Assembly: GCA_951812745.1 (NCBI GenBank)
Contig: OX638327.1
Span: 1,165,914-1,229,913, forward strand
DNA from: an uncultured Nitrospirales bacterium
GTDB taxonomy: Bacteria > Nitrospirota > Nitrospiria > Nitrospirales > UBA8639
Length of the DNA: 64,000 nucleotides
Direction of reading: 5' to 3'
The notes under the pieces were generated by a model that had not been told where the DNA came from, ran no database searches, and saw only the letters and a program-made list of their open reading frames with translations. The first letter of the stretch is position 1; each line of letters starts with the position of its first letter. Below are positions 8,918 to 20,731 of this stretch, piece by piece. The position numbers and the translations under genes are program-made.

Positions 8918-9994
8918 CTAACCCGTACCGATATTCCGAAGAATGCGTTCACCCATCTCTTTGGTGCCGACGAAGGTGGTTCCCGGCGCGGCGATATCTC
9001 CGGTGCGATACCCCTGACCCAGCACGGTCTGAATGGCGTGTTCGATGAGGTCCGCTTCTTCCCCCAAATCGAACGAATACCGCAGCATCATCGCGCCCGA
9101 GGCAATCATGCCGATGGGGTTGGCCGCATCCTTTCCCGCGATATCCGGGGCACTCCCGTGAATGGGTTCATACATGCCGACGGACGCGCCGACGCTGGCC
9201 GACGGCAACATCCCGATCGACCCGGTCAACATAGCGGCTTCGTCACTCAAAATGTCACCGAACAGATTCGTGGTCAAAATCACGTCAAACTGTTTGGGAT
9301 TCCGGATCAACTGCATCGCGCAATTGTCCACGTACATGTGCCGCAGTTCCACGTCCTGATAGTCTTGATGGACCTCAATGACGATCTTCCGCCACAACTC
9401 CGAGGATTCCAGCACATTCGCCTTATCGACGGAGGTGACGAGCCCCCGTCGCTTGCGCGCGACGTCGAAGGCGACCTTGGCAATCCGCGTAATTTCTTCC
9501 GTGGTGTAGACTTCGGTATTGAATCCGCGGTGGCCGCTCGGCGTCGCCTCCACGCCCTTGGGCGTCCCGAAATAGATACCACCCGTCAGCTCACGCACCA
9601 CCAACACGTCGATGCCTTCGATGACCTCGCGTTTGAGGGTCGAGGCATCGGCTAATTCCGAATACAGTTTGGCGGGCCGGAGATTCGCAAACAGCCCGAG
9701 TTGTTCCCGCAGGCCCAGCAACGCCCGCTCCGGTCGACGCTCATAGGCAAGCCCCTCCCATTTGGGCCCGCCCACCGCCCCCAATAGAACCGCGTCACTG
9801 GTTTTGGCCAACTGGAGAGTTTCGTCCGGGAGTGGCCACCCCGTATCATCAATGGCCTTGCCACCGACCACCGCGGGAACAAACTCAAACGTATGGCCAT
9901 CGCGTTTCCCGACCGCCTCCAACACCGCCACGGCCGCCGGGACGATCTCCGGGCCAATGCCGTCACCCGCCAATACTGCAATTTTCTTGTTCAT
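8918..9994 (-). CDS. leuB: 3-isopropylmalate dehydrogenase
   Basis: [18 protein letters not shown]...[25 protein letters not shown] is the full-length LeuB pattern. Confidence 0.95.
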   Translation of the reverse strand: MNKKIAVLAGDGIGPEIVPAAVAVLEAVGKRDGHTFEFVPAVVGGKAIDDTGWPLPDETLQLAKTSDAVLLGAVGGPKWEGLAYERRPERALLGLREQLGLFANLRPAKLYSELADASTLKREVIEGIDVLVVRELTGGIYFGTPKGVEATPSGHRGFNTEVYTTEEITRIAKVAFDVARKRRGLVTSVDKANVLESSELWRKIVIEVHQDYQDVELRHMYVDNCAMQLIRNPKQFDVILTTNLFGDILSDEAAMLTGSIGMLPSASVGASVGMYEPIHGSAPDIAGKDAANPIGMIASGAMMLRYSFDLGEEADLIEHAIQTVLGQGYRTGDIAAPGTTFVGTKEMGERILRNIGTG

Positions 9995-10005
9995 ATTCCG
10001 AGCTT

Positions 10006-10054
10006 CACCCTCACCCTATTACCCTCACCCTAACCCTCTCCCATAGGGAGAGGG
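10006..10054. repeat. REP family B
   Basis: caccctcaccctattaccctcaccctaaccctctcccatagggagaggg read directly. Confidence 0.85.
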
Positions 10055-10063
10055 AATGACAGG

Positions 10064-11611
10064 TCAACAGAGCCCGATTTTGTCTCCCAGGTTGGCACGA
10101 CGCTCCAGTTGTGACGCCAGTTTATTCAGGGCATTCAAATAGGCCTGGGCCGAGGCCACGATGATATCGGTATTCGCCCCGTTCCCGGTGACGATTTCGC
10201 CGTCCTGTTCTATTCGCACCGAGACCTCGCCTTGCGCGTCCGTTCCGCCGGTAATGGCCTTGACCACATAGGCCAACAGTTTACTCTTGGTCTGGGTGAT
10301 CCCGGCAATCGTTCGATACACCGCATCGACGGGACCGTCACCGGTCCCCGTCTCTTTCATCACGTGCCCATCCACTTCCAGCTCCACGGTCGCCGTCGGC
10401 ACCTGATTCGTCCCGCTTTGCGTATTCAGGGAGTTTAACGAATACCGTTCGGGCACCTTGGTGACGGCTTCGGAGACAATCGATTCCAGATCTTCCTCGA
10501 ACAATTCCTTTTTCTGGTCTGCGAGCCGTTTGAATCGATCGAACGCCGCATTCACTTCTTCGTCCGTGAGCGTATAGCCCAGCTTCGCCAATTCCGCCCG
10601 AAAGGCGTGGCGGCCGGAGAGTTTCCCCATCACCAGGCGGCTTTGCGTCAACCCGATGGAATCCGGTCGCATGATTTCATACGTGTTCTTATCCTTGAGC
10701 AACCCGTCCTGATGGATCCCGGACGTATGCGCGAACGCATTCGCCCCGACGATGGCCTTGTTGGGTTGGACGACCATGCCCGTGATCTTGCTGACCAACC
10801 GGCTGGTCTTGGAAATTTCTTCCGTGCGAATCTGCGTCCCGGCGTCATAAAAATCCTTTCGGGTCCGCAGCCCCATCACGATTTCTTCCATTGACGCATT
10901 GCCGGCCCGTTCGCCGATGCCGTTGACGGTGCATTCCACTTGCCCTGCCCCCGCGTGGATGGCCGCCATGGAATTGGCGACCGCCAGGCCCAAATCATTG
11001 TGGCAATGCACGGAGATGACCGCACGATCGCAGTCACGCACGCGCGTCCGGAGCGTCCGAATAATTTCTTCAAATTCCTTGGGGGTCGTGTACCCGACCG
11101 TATCGGGAATATTCACCGTACCCGCGCCGGCGTCCACAACCGCTTCCACCACTTCACACAGGTAGGAGACGTCCGACCGCGTCGCGTCCATGGGCGAAAA
11201 CTCGACGTCTTCCACGTAGCTTCGCGCATGTTGGACCATCTCCACCGCACGACGGAGAGCTTGCTCCCTGGTCATGCGGAATTGGTGTTTCAAGTGAATG
11301 TCCGACGTCGACAAAAAGGTGTGAATACGCGGCTTAGGCGTCCCTTTCAACGCTTTCCACGCGGAATCAATGTCCTCGGGCTTGGCTCGGGCCAGGCTGC
11401 AGACCGTCGGGCCTTCCACCTCCTGGCCTATGCGTTGCACTGCTTCGAAGTCGCCGGGGGAACTGAAGGCAAACCCGGCTTCGATAATATCCACGTTCAA
11501 GCGAGCCAGTTGTTTGGCGACCAACACTTTTTCTTCCACGTTCATGCTGGCGCCCGGAGACTGCTCGCCGTCCCGCAGGGTGGTATCAAAAATTCTGATA
11601 TGTCGTCTCAT
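10064..11611 (-). CDS. leuA: 2-isopropylmalate synthase
   Basis: IRIFDTTLRDGEQSPGASM...HCHNDLGLAVANS...TSGIHQDG plus a LeuA dimerisation/regulatory C-terminus. Confidence 0.95.
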   Translation of the reverse strand: MRRHIRIFDTTLRDGEQSPGASMNVEEKVLVAKQLARLNVDIIEAGFAFSSPGDFEAVQRIGQEVEGPTVCSLARAKPEDIDSAWKALKGTPKPRIHTFLSTSDIHLKHQFRMTREQALRRAVEMVQHARSYVEDVEFSPMDATRSDVSYLCEVVEAVVDAGAGTVNIPDTVGYTTPKEFEEIIRTLRTRVRDCDRAVISVHCHNDLGLAVANSMAAIHAGAGQVECTVNGIGERAGNASMEEIVMGLRTRKDFYDAGTQIRTEEISKTSRLVSKITGMVVQPNKAIVGANAFAHTSGIHQDGLLKDKNTYEIMRPDSIGLTQSRLVMGKLSGRHAFRAELAKLGYTLTDEEVNAAFDRFKRLADQKKELFEEDLESIVSEAVTKVPERYSLNSLNTQSGTNQVPTATVELEVDGHVMKETGTGDGPVDAVYRTIAGITQTKSKLLAYVVKAITGGTDAQGEVSVRIEQDGEIVTGNGANTDIIVASAQAYLNALNKLASQLERRANLGDKIGLC

Positions 11612-11740
11612 GGCCCATACTCCTCACAAGGGAATTCACCGCCCTCCGACAAGGCCGCGTCCGGATCGACGCTCTTCACGCCCTGTCACCGGCCTTTCTC
11701 AATCATACCCCAATCATTCACCCAATCCTAACCGGCCCCC

Positions 11741-11779
11741 ATAATAAAAAAGCCTTCACCCCGATGAGGTGAAGGCTTT
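11741..11779 (-). terminator. rho-independent terminator downstream of pssA
   Basis: The minus strand reads aagccttcacc-tcatcgg-ggtgaaggctt followed by ttttttattat. Confidence 0.7.
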
Positions 11780-11897
11780 CGACCTGTTTCGGGGTCATCA
11801 GGGGGTCACTGACGTGGTCAGCAGACCTGCCAGTGTCAGGACGTCGTCACCTAAGAGAAGGGTACCTCTTCCTTGTCCTTGCCATTGATCCATGCGA

Positions 11898-12689
11898 TCA
11901 GTCCTTTGAATCCGGCGACACGGGCACCCGAACCTGCGTTTCCCGCGTCGTTGAGACGGTGACGGCGCTCCAGCCTTTTTCCAATAAACCGGAACTCACG
12001 TATACCAAACAAATCACAAACAACATCAACTGAGGATAGGCCATGACGGACACCAGAATCAAGACGGCCCAGACCAAATGCATAAAATGATTCTGGCCTG
12101 CAAACTTCAACTGCTTCACGCTACGGTACTTCACCGTACTCACCATGAGGAACCCCATCAACAAACTCAGGGCGATCACCACCGAGGGCAGGACGCTTTC
12201 CGGCAGGTGGCCGATGTGCGCGTTGAAAATATAAAACGTCGCGATAAACCCGGCCGCCGCCGGAATGGGCAGCCCCGTAAAAAAACGACTCTCCCCGCTG
12301 CCCGCCATGACGTTAAACCGGGCCAGGCGCAACGCGCCGCAGGCCACGTATGCGAACATGATGGCCGCCCCCAACATTCCCGGGGATTCCAGTACCCACG
12401 CATAAATCAAAAAACCCGGAGCCAGCCCGAACGAAACGAGATCCGACAACGAATCGTATTCCACTCCGAACTCGCTGGTACTGTTGGTCAAGCGAGCGGA
12501 CGTCCCGTCCAGGACGTCGAACACCATTGCAATCAGGATCGCAATCGCCGCTGTTTCCAATCGATCGTGGAACACCAGCACCACCGCGGCCAACCCGCTG
12601 AACAGATTGCCGGTGGTGAGGATATTGGGGATCAGTTGGACGCCCCGGCGGCGGTTTCCTTCCTTGTTTTTAAAGATTCGTCCCTTCAC
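11898..12689 (-). CDS. pssA: CDP-diacylglycerol--serine O-phosphatidyltransferase
   Basis: Perfect CDP-alcohol phosphatidyltransferase motif DGTSARLTNSTSEFGVEYDSLSD (DGx2ARx8Gx3Dx3D). The GTG start at 12689 overlaps the psd stop (GTGA). Confidence 0.85.
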   Translation of the reverse strand: MKGRIFKNKEGNRRRGVQLIPNILTTGNLFSGLAAVVLVFHDRLETAAIAILIAMVFDVLDGTSARLTNSTSEFGVEYDSLSDLVSFGLAPGFLIYAWVLESPGMLGAAIMFAYVACGALRLARFNVMAGSGESRFFTGLPIPAAAGFIATFYIFNAHIGHLPESVLPSVVIALSLLMGFLMVSTVKYRSVKQLKFAGQNHFMHLVWAVLILVSVMAYPQLMLFVICLVYVSSGLLEKGWSAVTVSTTRETQVRVPVSPDSKD

Positions 12690-13336
12690 GTGAACTCCGC
12701 CAGTATCGATTCGCCACCCTTCACCCGGTCTCCAACCTTGACCCGAACCCGGCTCTCGACGTCGAAATACGTATCCATGCGGGATCCGAACCGGATGAGG
12801 CCGAAACGTTCTCCCGGCACCGCGGCATCGCCCGGCTGCACCCAGCACACGATACGGCGGGCAATGAGCCCCGCAACCTGGACGCAGAGCACTTTTTTCT
12901 TCGACGGGGTCTCGATCATCAGCGCATTCTGTTCATTATGCACTGTCGCGTCCTGACCGCCCGCGTCGAGGAACCGGCCCGGCTGATAAGCCAGATCCAC
13001 CACGGTGCCCGCACAGGGCATCCGATTGATGTGCACGTCAAAAATATTGAGAAAGATACTGACCCGGATACTCTGCTCTTTCAAGTATCGCGGCTCAAAT
13101 TCCTTCTGAATCGCGATCACTTCGCCATCGCCCGACGCCAGAATCAGGTCGTCACCCCGCGGGGTCGTTCGAGGAGGGTTTCGAAAAAACCAGCCGGTAA
13201 AACACGCGAGGGCGCCAAAGGCCCTGGCAGTTTTTCGGCACCCCAGCAATCCGGCCAACACAGCCGGCGCCGCCGCTCCCAGGACAAAGGGCAACCCTTC
13301 CGGAGCAATCGGGAAACCTTTCGCACGATCAGCCAT
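12686..13336 (-). CDS. psd: phosphatidylserine decarboxylase proenzyme (short form)
   Basis: PSD-family core with the FGSRMD self-cleavage (G-S) motif. It is translationally coupled to pssA. Trimmed to MADRAKGFPI at 13336. Confidence 0.85.
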   Translation of the reverse strand: MADRAKGFPIAPEGLPFVLGAAAPAVLAGLLGCRKTARAFGALACFTGWFFRNPPRTTPRGDDLILASGDGEVIAIQKEFEPRYLKEQSIRVSIFLNIFDVHINRMPCAGTVVDLAYQPGRFLDAGGQDATVHNEQNALMIETPSKKKVLCVQVAGLIARRIVCWVQPGDAAVPGERFGLIRFGSRMDTYFDVESRVRVKVGDRVKGGESILAEFT

Positions 13337-13352
13337 TCTGACCCGCTTCCCA

Positions 13353-13380
13353 GTAGGGAACAACGATCGTTGTTCGCTAC
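13353..13380. repeat. REP family G palindrome
   Basis: gtagggaacaacgatcgttgttcgctac; 13 of 14 positions are self-complementary. Confidence 0.9.
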
Positions 13381-13381
13381 C

Positions 13382-14467
<1,086 letters not shown>

Positions 14468-14527
14468 TCAGAATGTTGAAACAGTTCCGTCCAGCTTCTC
14501 GCCCCGCCACCTCATTCGGCATTCCGA

Positions 14528-15049
14528 CTAGTTGGCTTTGGCAAGCGGACGTGGCTGATTCGCCACCGCGCGAACGGGTTCCCGTGCAATGGCAATCCGG
14601 CCGGTCCTGACGATTTCCTTGATGCCAAGGGGTTGGAGCAACTGGATAATGGCATGAATCTTCTGCACGTCACCCGTGACTTCGATCGTATATGACGTTG
14701 GGGATGAGTCAATCACGTTCGCTCGAAAAATATCGGCAATCCGCAGAGCTTCGGCCCGATCCTCCGACCGGGCGTGCACCTTAATCAAGGCGCTTTCACG
14801 GCTGACGGCGTCGTTTTCATTGAGGTCAACCACCTTGATGACGTCGATGATTTTGTTCAATTGCTTGAGGATCTGTTCAATGATGCGCTCATCCCCGTTT
14901 GTGACGACGGTCATCATCGACACGGTCGGGTCCAGCGTAGGCGCCACCGACAAACTTTCGATGTTGAACCCCCGACCGCTGAACAAGCCAGCCACCCGTG
15001 ACAAGGCCCCGGATTTATTTTCCAACGTCACTGAAATAATATGTTCCAC
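14528..15049 (-). CDS. ilvN: acetolactate synthase small (regulatory) subunit
   Basis: HIISVTLENKSGALSRVAGLFSGRGFNIESLSV is an ACT-domain N-terminus. GTG start at 15049; the longer ORF-track N-terminus is repeat-derived. Confidence 0.85.
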   Translation of the reverse strand: MEHIISVTLENKSGALSRVAGLFSGRGFNIESLSVAPTLDPTVSMMTVVTNGDERIIEQILKQLNKIIDVIKVVDLNENDAVSRESALIKVHARSEDRAEALRIADIFRANVIDSSPTSYTIEVTGDVQKIHAIIQLLQPLGIKEIVRTGRIAIAREPVRAVANQPRPLAKAN

Positions 15050-15158
15050 GAATGCTCTACCCTTTTCTCTACAACACCCTCTCCCCCATTTGAAATTAGG
15101 CGAAGCCCCCGACATTTTTAATCGGGGGGCTGGGGTGAGGGGGGTTCGTCCTCGTTCG

Positions 15159-16937
15159 CTACGCCGTCAGAATGGTGTCTTTACTCTCCCCTTTGCCCGT
15201 CGTCCCCGTCGTTTGTCGCTTCTGCAACTCCGGAGGATCTTCCAGAATCATTTCATGGTTGCAGCCACCGGCCGGAATCATGGGATAACAATTCTCGAAT
15301 TGGTTCACCGGCACGTCAACGAAGACCGGTTTGTCAATGGCCATCGCCTCTCGAATCCCGTCATCCACTTCACTGACTTTTTGAATGCGCAAGCCGGCCG
15401 CGCCATAGGCTTCCGCGAGTTTCACGAAATCCGGCGATTGATCCAAATAGCTGCACGAATAGCGGCCTTCATAGAACAGGTCCTGCCATTGTCGCACCAT
15501 GCCGTGGAACCGGTTATTGATGATAAACACCTTGACCGGCAGCTTTTCGATCGCGGCCGTCGCCAATTCCTGGCTGTTCATCTGGACGCTCCCGTCACCC
15601 GCAATACACAACACGAGTCGATTCCGAAAAGCCGCCTGGGCTCCCAGGGCCGCGGGAAAGCCGAAGCCCATTGTCCCCAACCCGCCGGACGTGAGCCACG
15701 TATTCGGTTTGGTGAGATGAAAGTACTGCGCCGCCCACATCTGATGCTGTCCCACGTCGGTGGACACGATCGGGTCGCGGTCCTTCGTCAGTTGATAGAC
15801 CCGGTCGATCAGGTACTGCGGCTTGATCAATTGATCGGCCTCCTGCTCGTAGCTCAGGGGGTGAGCGGTCTTCCACTCATTCAATTGATCCCACCACGGC
15901 TTGCGCAATTCTTTCTGGTCGCCGTTCACCGTCGCGCGCAACACGTTGTTCAATTCCTGCAGCACGCATTTGCAATCACCCACGATGGGAACGTCCACGT
16001 GAATGTTCTTGCGAATCGACGTCGGATCAATATCGATATGGATAATCTTGGCACTCGGACAAAATTCGGACACCTTGCCCGTCACGCGATCATCGAACCT
16101 GGCGCCGATGGCTATCACGAGATCGGAATAATGAATGGCCATGTTGGCCACGTACGTGCCGTGCATGCCGAGCATCCCCAGGGACAACGGATGTTGACCG
16201 GGGAAAGCCCCCAGGGCCATCAAGGTCTGGTTCACGGGGATCTGGGTCATCTCGGCCAATTCGCGAACCTCCGCAGAGGCGCCGGACAACTGCACGCCGC
16301 CGCCGATGTAGATGACGGGCCGGCGAGCCTTCATGATGGCATCGGCGGCTTGCTTGATCTTCCACTTGCTGCCCTCATAGGTCGGGTTGTAGCCGCGAAT
16401 CGAGACCGAGTCCGGATACTTGAAATCGGCCTTGTCCATGGAGATATCCTTGGGAATATCCACCAACACGGGACCGGGTCTGCCGGTGGACGCGATGTAG
16501 AACGCTTCCTTGATGGTCTCCGCCAAATCATTCACGTCCTTCACCAGAAAATTATATTTCGTGCAGGGACGGCTGAGCCCGATGTTGTCGGCTTCCTGAA
16601 AAGCATCATTCCCGATGAGCGCCGTGGGGACCTGCCCGGAAAAGCACACCATGGGCACGGAATCCATATAGGCATCGGCCAGGGCGGTGATGACGTTGGT
16701 CATACCGGGACCCGACGTGATCAAGGCCACCCCGGGTTTCCCCGTGGCTTTCGCATAGCCTTCCGCCATGTGGCCGGCCGCTTGTTCATGCCGGGTTAAA
16801 ATGACTTCGATGTCTTTCTGTTGATGCAGGACGTCGAAAATTTTCAGGACCACCCCACCGGGAAGGGCAAAAATCGTTTTTACACCTTCGCGCTTCAAGG
16901 CTTCCACAAAAATTTCGGCTCCTGTAAGCTGTGCCAT
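15159..16937 (-). CDS. ilvB: acetolactate synthase large subunit
   Basis: [19 protein letters not shown]...[16 protein letters not shown]... ThDP-enzyme pattern. Trimmed to ATG 16937. Confidence 0.95.
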   Translation of the reverse strand: MAQLTGAEIFVEALKREGVKTIFALPGGVVLKIFDVLHQQKDIEVILTRHEQAAGHMAEGYAKATGKPGVALITSGPGMTNVITALADAYMDSVPMVCFSGQVPTALIGNDAFQEADNIGLSRPCTKYNFLVKDVNDLAETIKEAFYIASTGRPGPVLVDIPKDISMDKADFKYPDSVSIRGYNPTYEGSKWKIKQAADAIMKARRPVIYIGGGVQLSGASAEVRELAEMTQIPVNQTLMALGAFPGQHPLSLGMLGMHGTYVANMAIHYSDLVIAIGARFDDRVTGKVSEFCPSAKIIHIDIDPTSIRKNIHVDVPIVGDCKCVLQELNNVLRATVNGDQKELRKPWWDQLNEWKTAHPLSYEQEADQLIKPQYLIDRVYQLTKDRDPIVSTDVGQHQMWAAQYFHLTKPNTWLTSGGLGTMGFGFPAALGAQAAFRNRLVLCIAGDGSVQMNSQELATAAIEKLPVKVFIINNRFHGMVRQWQDLFYEGRYSCSYLDQSPDFVKLAEAYGAAGLRIQKVSEVDDGIREAMAIDKPVFVDVPVNQFENCYPMIPAGGCNHEMILEDPPELQKRQTTGTTGKGESKDTILTA

Positions 16938-17072
16938 GATCTCCCTCACCGGTTTGAACCGTCCATGATGAACCATGCATGACCGGTTCAGTTAAAAATA
17001 ATGGCGACACCCCTCGTTTCTTGTCGTCCAAGAAACCCAATGGTTTCGAGGGGTTGTGCCCCTAAACGAATG

Positions 17073-17101
17073 ATGATAAACCGGCATTATCCACAAGTCA
17101 A
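17073..17101 (-). promoter_or_regulatory. candidate sigma-70 promoter for ilvBNC
   Basis: The minus strand reads TTGACT-N17-TATCAT, about 135 nt upstream of the ilvB ATG. Confidence 0.3.
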
Positions 17102-17212
17102 CTCAAACGTTGTCAATCCCCAAGGCCTACGGGCCGTTTCAAAAACTTCACCGGCCGGTAGGCCCATGCTTTTCGACCACAGGAGTCATCTTACTCAACC
17201 GGACGTGGCCTC

Positions 17213-18382
17213 ATGTTACGCGACTTTGAACAAGAGATAAAACATTTAGAAACTCGACACCTGCGCAGGCAACTACGGATCGCAGAGTCGCCGTCGGATA
17301 CGACCATCACCATCGAAAGCCGCCGGTTCATCTCCATGGCCTCGAATAATTACCTCGGGCTGGCCAACCATCCCGCGGTCAAACGGGCGGCCATCGAAGC
17401 GATCGAACAATGGGGCGTGGGAGCCGGCGCCGCGCGTCTCATTACCGGCACCATGACGCCCCACCACCAACTCGAACAAGACCTGGCCCGATTCAAACAA
17501 GTCGAAGCCGCCCTGACCTTCGGCACGGGCTACACCACGAACCTGGGGCTGATCCCGGCGCTCATCGACCGGGACGGCCTCATCCTGGCCGACCGCTACT
17601 GCCACGCCAGCCTGATCGAAGCCTGCCGGTTGGCCAAAGCCAGGCTGCGCGTGTTTCACCACAACGACGTCGAGCACCTGAAAAAACTGCTCAAGAAACG
17701 GGAAAAAGCCCGGCCCACCCTGGTCGTCACTGAAGGCGTCTTCAGCATGGACGGCGATCTTGCGCCACTCCCGGATTTACTGGCGCTCTGCCGGCAACAT
17801 GAGGCCACGCTGGTCATCGATGACGCCCACGGCACGGGTGTCATGGGAACAAACGGTCGAGGAACGGTCGAACACTTCGGCATGAACCCTCAAGACCTGA
17901 TCCAAATGGGAACGCTCAGCAAAGCGATCGGCACCAGCGGCGGCTACGTCGCGGGACCGGCTGCCCTCAAAGACTATCTGATCAATACGTCAAAGGCCTT
18001 CATCTACACGACCGCGCAACCGCCCGCCATCGCCGCCGGCGCATCCGCAGCCATTCAAATCATTCAAGATGAACCCGCTCGCCGGGAACGCCTCCGGACC
18101 AACCGAAACACGCTCCATGCCGCCCTGACAAGCCTGGGCTTTCAACTCGCCGACACGCAGAGCCCGATCCTGCCGATCATCGTGAAATCGCCGGAACGAG
18201 CGTTAGCGATGTCGCAAGCCCTGTACGAAGCCGGCGTGTACGTGCCCGCCATTCGCCCCCCGACCGTACCCAAACACAGCAGCCGGCTACGCCTCACCGT
18301 CAGTTCGGAACATACGGAAGAGCAATTGGAGTACGTGGTGCGGAGCATACAAAAGGCAGGACAGACCTTGCGTGTAATTTAG
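17213..18382 (+). CDS. bioF: 8-amino-7-oxononanoate synthase (or closely related alpha-oxoamine synthase)
   Basis: [11 protein letters not shown]...[10 protein letters not shown]...[14 protein letters not shown] (PLP lysine context). Confidence 0.75.
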   Translation: MLRDFEQEIKHLETRHLRRQLRIAESPSDTTITIESRRFISMASNNYLGLANHPAVKRAAIEAIEQWGVGAGAARLITGTMTPHHQLEQDLARFKQVEAALTFGTGYTTNLGLIPALIDRDGLILADRYCHASLIEACRLAKARLRVFHHNDVEHLKKLLKKREKARPTLVVTEGVFSMDGDLAPLPDLLALCRQHEATLVIDDAHGTGVMGTNGRGTVEHFGMNPQDLIQMGTLSKAIGTSGGYVAGPAALKDYLINTSKAFIYTTAQPPAIAAGASAAIQIIQDEPARRERLRTNRNTLHAALTSLGFQLADTQSPILPIIVKSPERALAMSQALYEAGVYVPAIRPPTVPKHSSRLRLTVSSEHTEEQLEYVVRSIQKAGQTLRVI

Positions 18383-18396
18383 CGGTCAGTGAGTGA

Positions 18397-18450
18397 GTAG
18401 GTCGGGTTAGCCCTTCGACTACGCTCAGGACAGGCATAGCGTAACCCGAC
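18397..18450. repeat. REP family A with embedded family C
   Basis: gtaggtcgggttagc-ccttcgactacgctcaggacagg-catagcgtaacccgac. Confidence 0.85.
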
Positions 18451-18498
18451 AATCAGGCTGCGTGACCCCAGATACGGTCACACAGCTCAAGTGGTCTT

Positions 18499-18876
18499 TC
18501 AGGTGAAGAAGGTTTTAACGACGAGGCTAACCACGCCGGTCAGGACAATGGTGATCAGGACTTCAAGGCGGATGAGTCGGTTCTCAATGCTCGCTAAATG
18601 GTTCTCGAATGCAGCGATTTCTTCCGCGGCCTCGCCCGCTTTTTCGTCCGACGCGCTAGCCTCTTTGGAAAAACAAATCGGGCATGGCTCGAACTGACAG
18701 TCTTCTGCCTCTTTTACGCTTGTCGTCACCCATTCATATTGAGGAGTTGGTGCTCTCGTTATAGATTTCTTCTTATTGCCGCATTCTCTATCAGGGCAAT
18801 GGTACAGCTTGGCTTGTGGGTTGTCCTTTGAATAGGTCACCTCTTTGGGTGGATGTTCGTGGAAAGGGCACCGCAT
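18499..18876 (-). CDS. hypothetical Cys-rich (zinc-ribbon-like) protein with coiled coil and C-terminal TM helix
   Basis: MRCPFHEHPP...HCPDRECGN...CQFEPCPICF...IENRLIRLEVLITIVLTGVVSLVV. Trimmed to ATG 18876 because the ORF-track N-terminus is REP family B. Confidence 0.5.
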   Translation of the reverse strand: MRCPFHEHPPKEVTYSKDNPQAKLYHCPDRECGNKKKSITRAPTPQYEWVTTSVKEAEDCQFEPCPICFSKEASASDEKAGEAAEEIAAFENHLASIENRLIRLEVLITIVLTGVVSLVVKTFFT

Positions 18877-18897
18877 AAAACGCCTTTTGACCTTTTT

Positions 18898-18974
18898 CCT
18901 CCCTCTCCCAATGGGAGAGGGTTGGGGTGAGGGCAAGCAAAGCCGTCAGGTTACACTTCGCTAACCTGACCTAC
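18898..18974. repeat. REP family B followed by family A variant
   Basis: cctccctctcccaatgggagagggttggggtgaggg ... gtcaggttacacttcgctaacctgacctac. Confidence 0.85.
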
Positions 18975-19003
18975 GAGACTCTATTTCTCTTCGTGAAGTC
19001 TTA

Positions 19004-20089
19004 TCACTGTACGGGTTTCCACTCGCGCGCCAGCCGTTGCGCCTCGGCAATCTGCGCCGGAGTCATTTTCGACGCAACCTTGTCGCGGAATTGCACAGTC
19101 GTGTCTCGCAATTCCCGCTCAGAACTGGAATACCGAGAAGCTGCAAGATTAAACCATTTGTGCGCCTGAACATAGTTCTGCGACACGCCTCTGCCGAGGT
19201 AGTACATGATCCCGAGACTCCCCTGAGCAATGGCGTGACCTTGTTCGGCCGCTTGGCGATACCAGCGCAATGCCTCGGTGTAGTCCTGCGGTACACCATA
19301 TCCATGCTCGTACATGATCCCCAGCCTAGTCTGTCCTTCGACGTTACCTTGCTCCGCCGCCTTACGATACCAGCGCACCGCCTCGGCATAGTCCTGTGGC
19401 ATCCCTCGGCCTTCATAGTACATGAGCCCGAGATTGTACTGGGCACGGGCCTCACCCTGCTCCGCGGCCTGACGAAACCAGCGCACTGCTTCGACCGCAT
19501 CTTGGGGCACGCCCCTACCCTTGTTGTACATGAGTCCGAGATTGTTCTGAGCGCCAGCATGTCCCTGCTCAGCAGCCCGACGATACCAGCGCACCGCCTC
19601 GGTATAGTCCTGTGGCACGCCCTTACCCTGGTGGTACATGGACCCGAGCTTGAATTGAGCCCGGTCATTTCCCCGCTCGGCTACCCAACGAACCCAGCGC
19701 GCTGCCTCAATAGCGTTCTGCGGGATGGCATCCCCCAAGATATACATAAGCCCGAGCAGGCGTTGAGCCAAGTCATGGCCCTGCTCTGCAGCCCGGCGGT
19801 ACCAGCGTACTGCCTCGTCATTGTCCTGTGGCACCCCCTCACCTTGGTGATACATGGACCCGATCAAGACCTGAGCATCGGCATTGCCCTGCTCGGCAAG
19901 GACACGGAACGACTCCAAGGCAACGGCATAATCGCCGCGATTATACGCAGCCTTGGCTTCCTCAAACGTCTGTGCCCACGAGGCCGGTGCGCCGAGCAGC
20001 GCAAGCGCCAGCAGTGTCGAGGCAATCATACCGTGCAACCCAATGTGGCGGATTCTCAACTTTCGTACGCAGGATGAAGACATTCGCAT
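19004..20089 (-). CDS. Sel1-like repeat (SLR/TPR-like) secreted protein
   Basis: About eight tandem units of ~36 aa: A..WYRKAAEQGHA.AQ..LG.MY..G.GVPQDY.EA. The N-terminus is signal-like. Confidence 0.85.
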   Translation of the reverse strand: MRMSSSCVRKLRIRHIGLHGMIASTLLALALLGAPASWAQTFEEAKAAYNRGDYAVALESFRVLAEQGNADAQVLIGSMYHQGEGVPQDNDEAVRWYRRAAEQGHDLAQRLLGLMYILGDAIPQNAIEAARWVRWVAERGNDRAQFKLGSMYHQGKGVPQDYTEAVRWYRRAAEQGHAGAQNNLGLMYNKGRGVPQDAVEAVRWFRQAAEQGEARAQYNLGLMYYEGRGMPQDYAEAVRWYRKAAEQGNVEGQTRLGIMYEHGYGVPQDYTEALRWYRQAAEQGHAIAQGSLGIMYYLGRGVSQNYVQAHKWFNLAASRYSSSERELRDTTVQFRDKVASKMTPAQIAEAQRLAREWKPVQ

Positions 20090-20453
20090 CTACCACTCCA
20101 TGCCGTAAAAAATTTCTTCTTTCGTACCCCTCTCCTTCTCGACGTAATAGAGGCCGACTTGTTCAAGAGACACACGCTGCATTCCTCCTTTACTCAAACA
20201 AGGCCCTAGAGTAGCAGACTTTCAGCGTCGTTGATAATCCCAATGATCCCTGGCAGCGCAGGCGCCAAACAATTGGGAATCAACTCCGTATTCAATGCCA
20301 ATTACGCTCTTGAGTTAATTTACTCAGTAGGCGTTTCATAAGACAAAGTCAGGGCAAAGCAAGTCGATATACAAAGGGATCGAATGTCTTAATGCGCTTG
20401 TTGATGGCTTTTTCCTTTTGGCATGTGTTAAAGCATAGTCCACGGAAGGTGTT

Positions 20454-20690
20454 GTGATCCCTGAACGACACGTCAAGCTATTCAAGAACGGACGGAACCA
20501 GGCTGTGCGGATTCCTCGCGAATTCGAACCTCCCGGTGAGGTTGTCCTCATGCGCAAGGAAGGCGATCGGCTGATCATCGAACCTACCCCGCCAAAGTCC
20601 CTGCTGGCGGTACTGGCACAGCTACAACCACTCGATGAGGAGTTCTCACCGATCTCCGAGTTGCCCGTCGATTCCGTCGCACTTTTGTGA
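20454..20690 (+). CDS. vapB: AbrB/SpoVT-fold VapB antitoxin, orphan (no toxin gene follows)
   Basis: VKLFKNGRNQAVRIPREFEPPGEVVLMRKEGDRLIIEP is the classic VapB/VagC pattern. Its TGA overlaps a GTG (GTGA) where vapC would normally start, but the frame continues into ggt. Confidence 0.7.
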   Translation: MIPERHVKLFKNGRNQAVRIPREFEPPGEVVLMRKEGDRLIIEPTPPKSLLAVLAQLQPLDEEFSPISELPVDSVALL

Positions 20691-20731
20691 TTTCCTCTCC
20701 AATGATCCCCTCTCGGGTTAAAGGCCGGCAC

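Noticed and set aside
7713-8921. 402-aa plus-strand ORF
   Set aside because: It is antisense to the NHL-repeat gene, whose repeat structure is clear. The product is low in complexity.
11612-11740. leuA leader examined for a T-box or Leu-rich leader peptide
   Set aside because: I could not see a specifier/T-box core, a run of Leu codons or a terminator/antiterminator pair. The only clear structure is the pssA terminator further upstream.
14676-16799. 707-aa plus-strand ORF
   Set aside because: It is antisense to ilvB/ilvN, which have unambiguous enzyme signatures. Its product is R/G/H/P-rich and low in complexity, the typical shadow ORF of GC-rich coding DNA.
17001-17240. 79-aa plus-strand ORF in the ilvB-bioF intergenic region
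   Set aside because: It has no RBS and overlaps both the bioF start and the ilvB leader structures. The composition is not protein-like.
20092-20182. ~30-codon minus-strand uORF ending in TAGATG at the Sel1-repeat gene start
   Set aside because: The AGGAGG lies only 1 nt from its ATG, and the ORF is too short to support without conservation or ribosome-profiling data.
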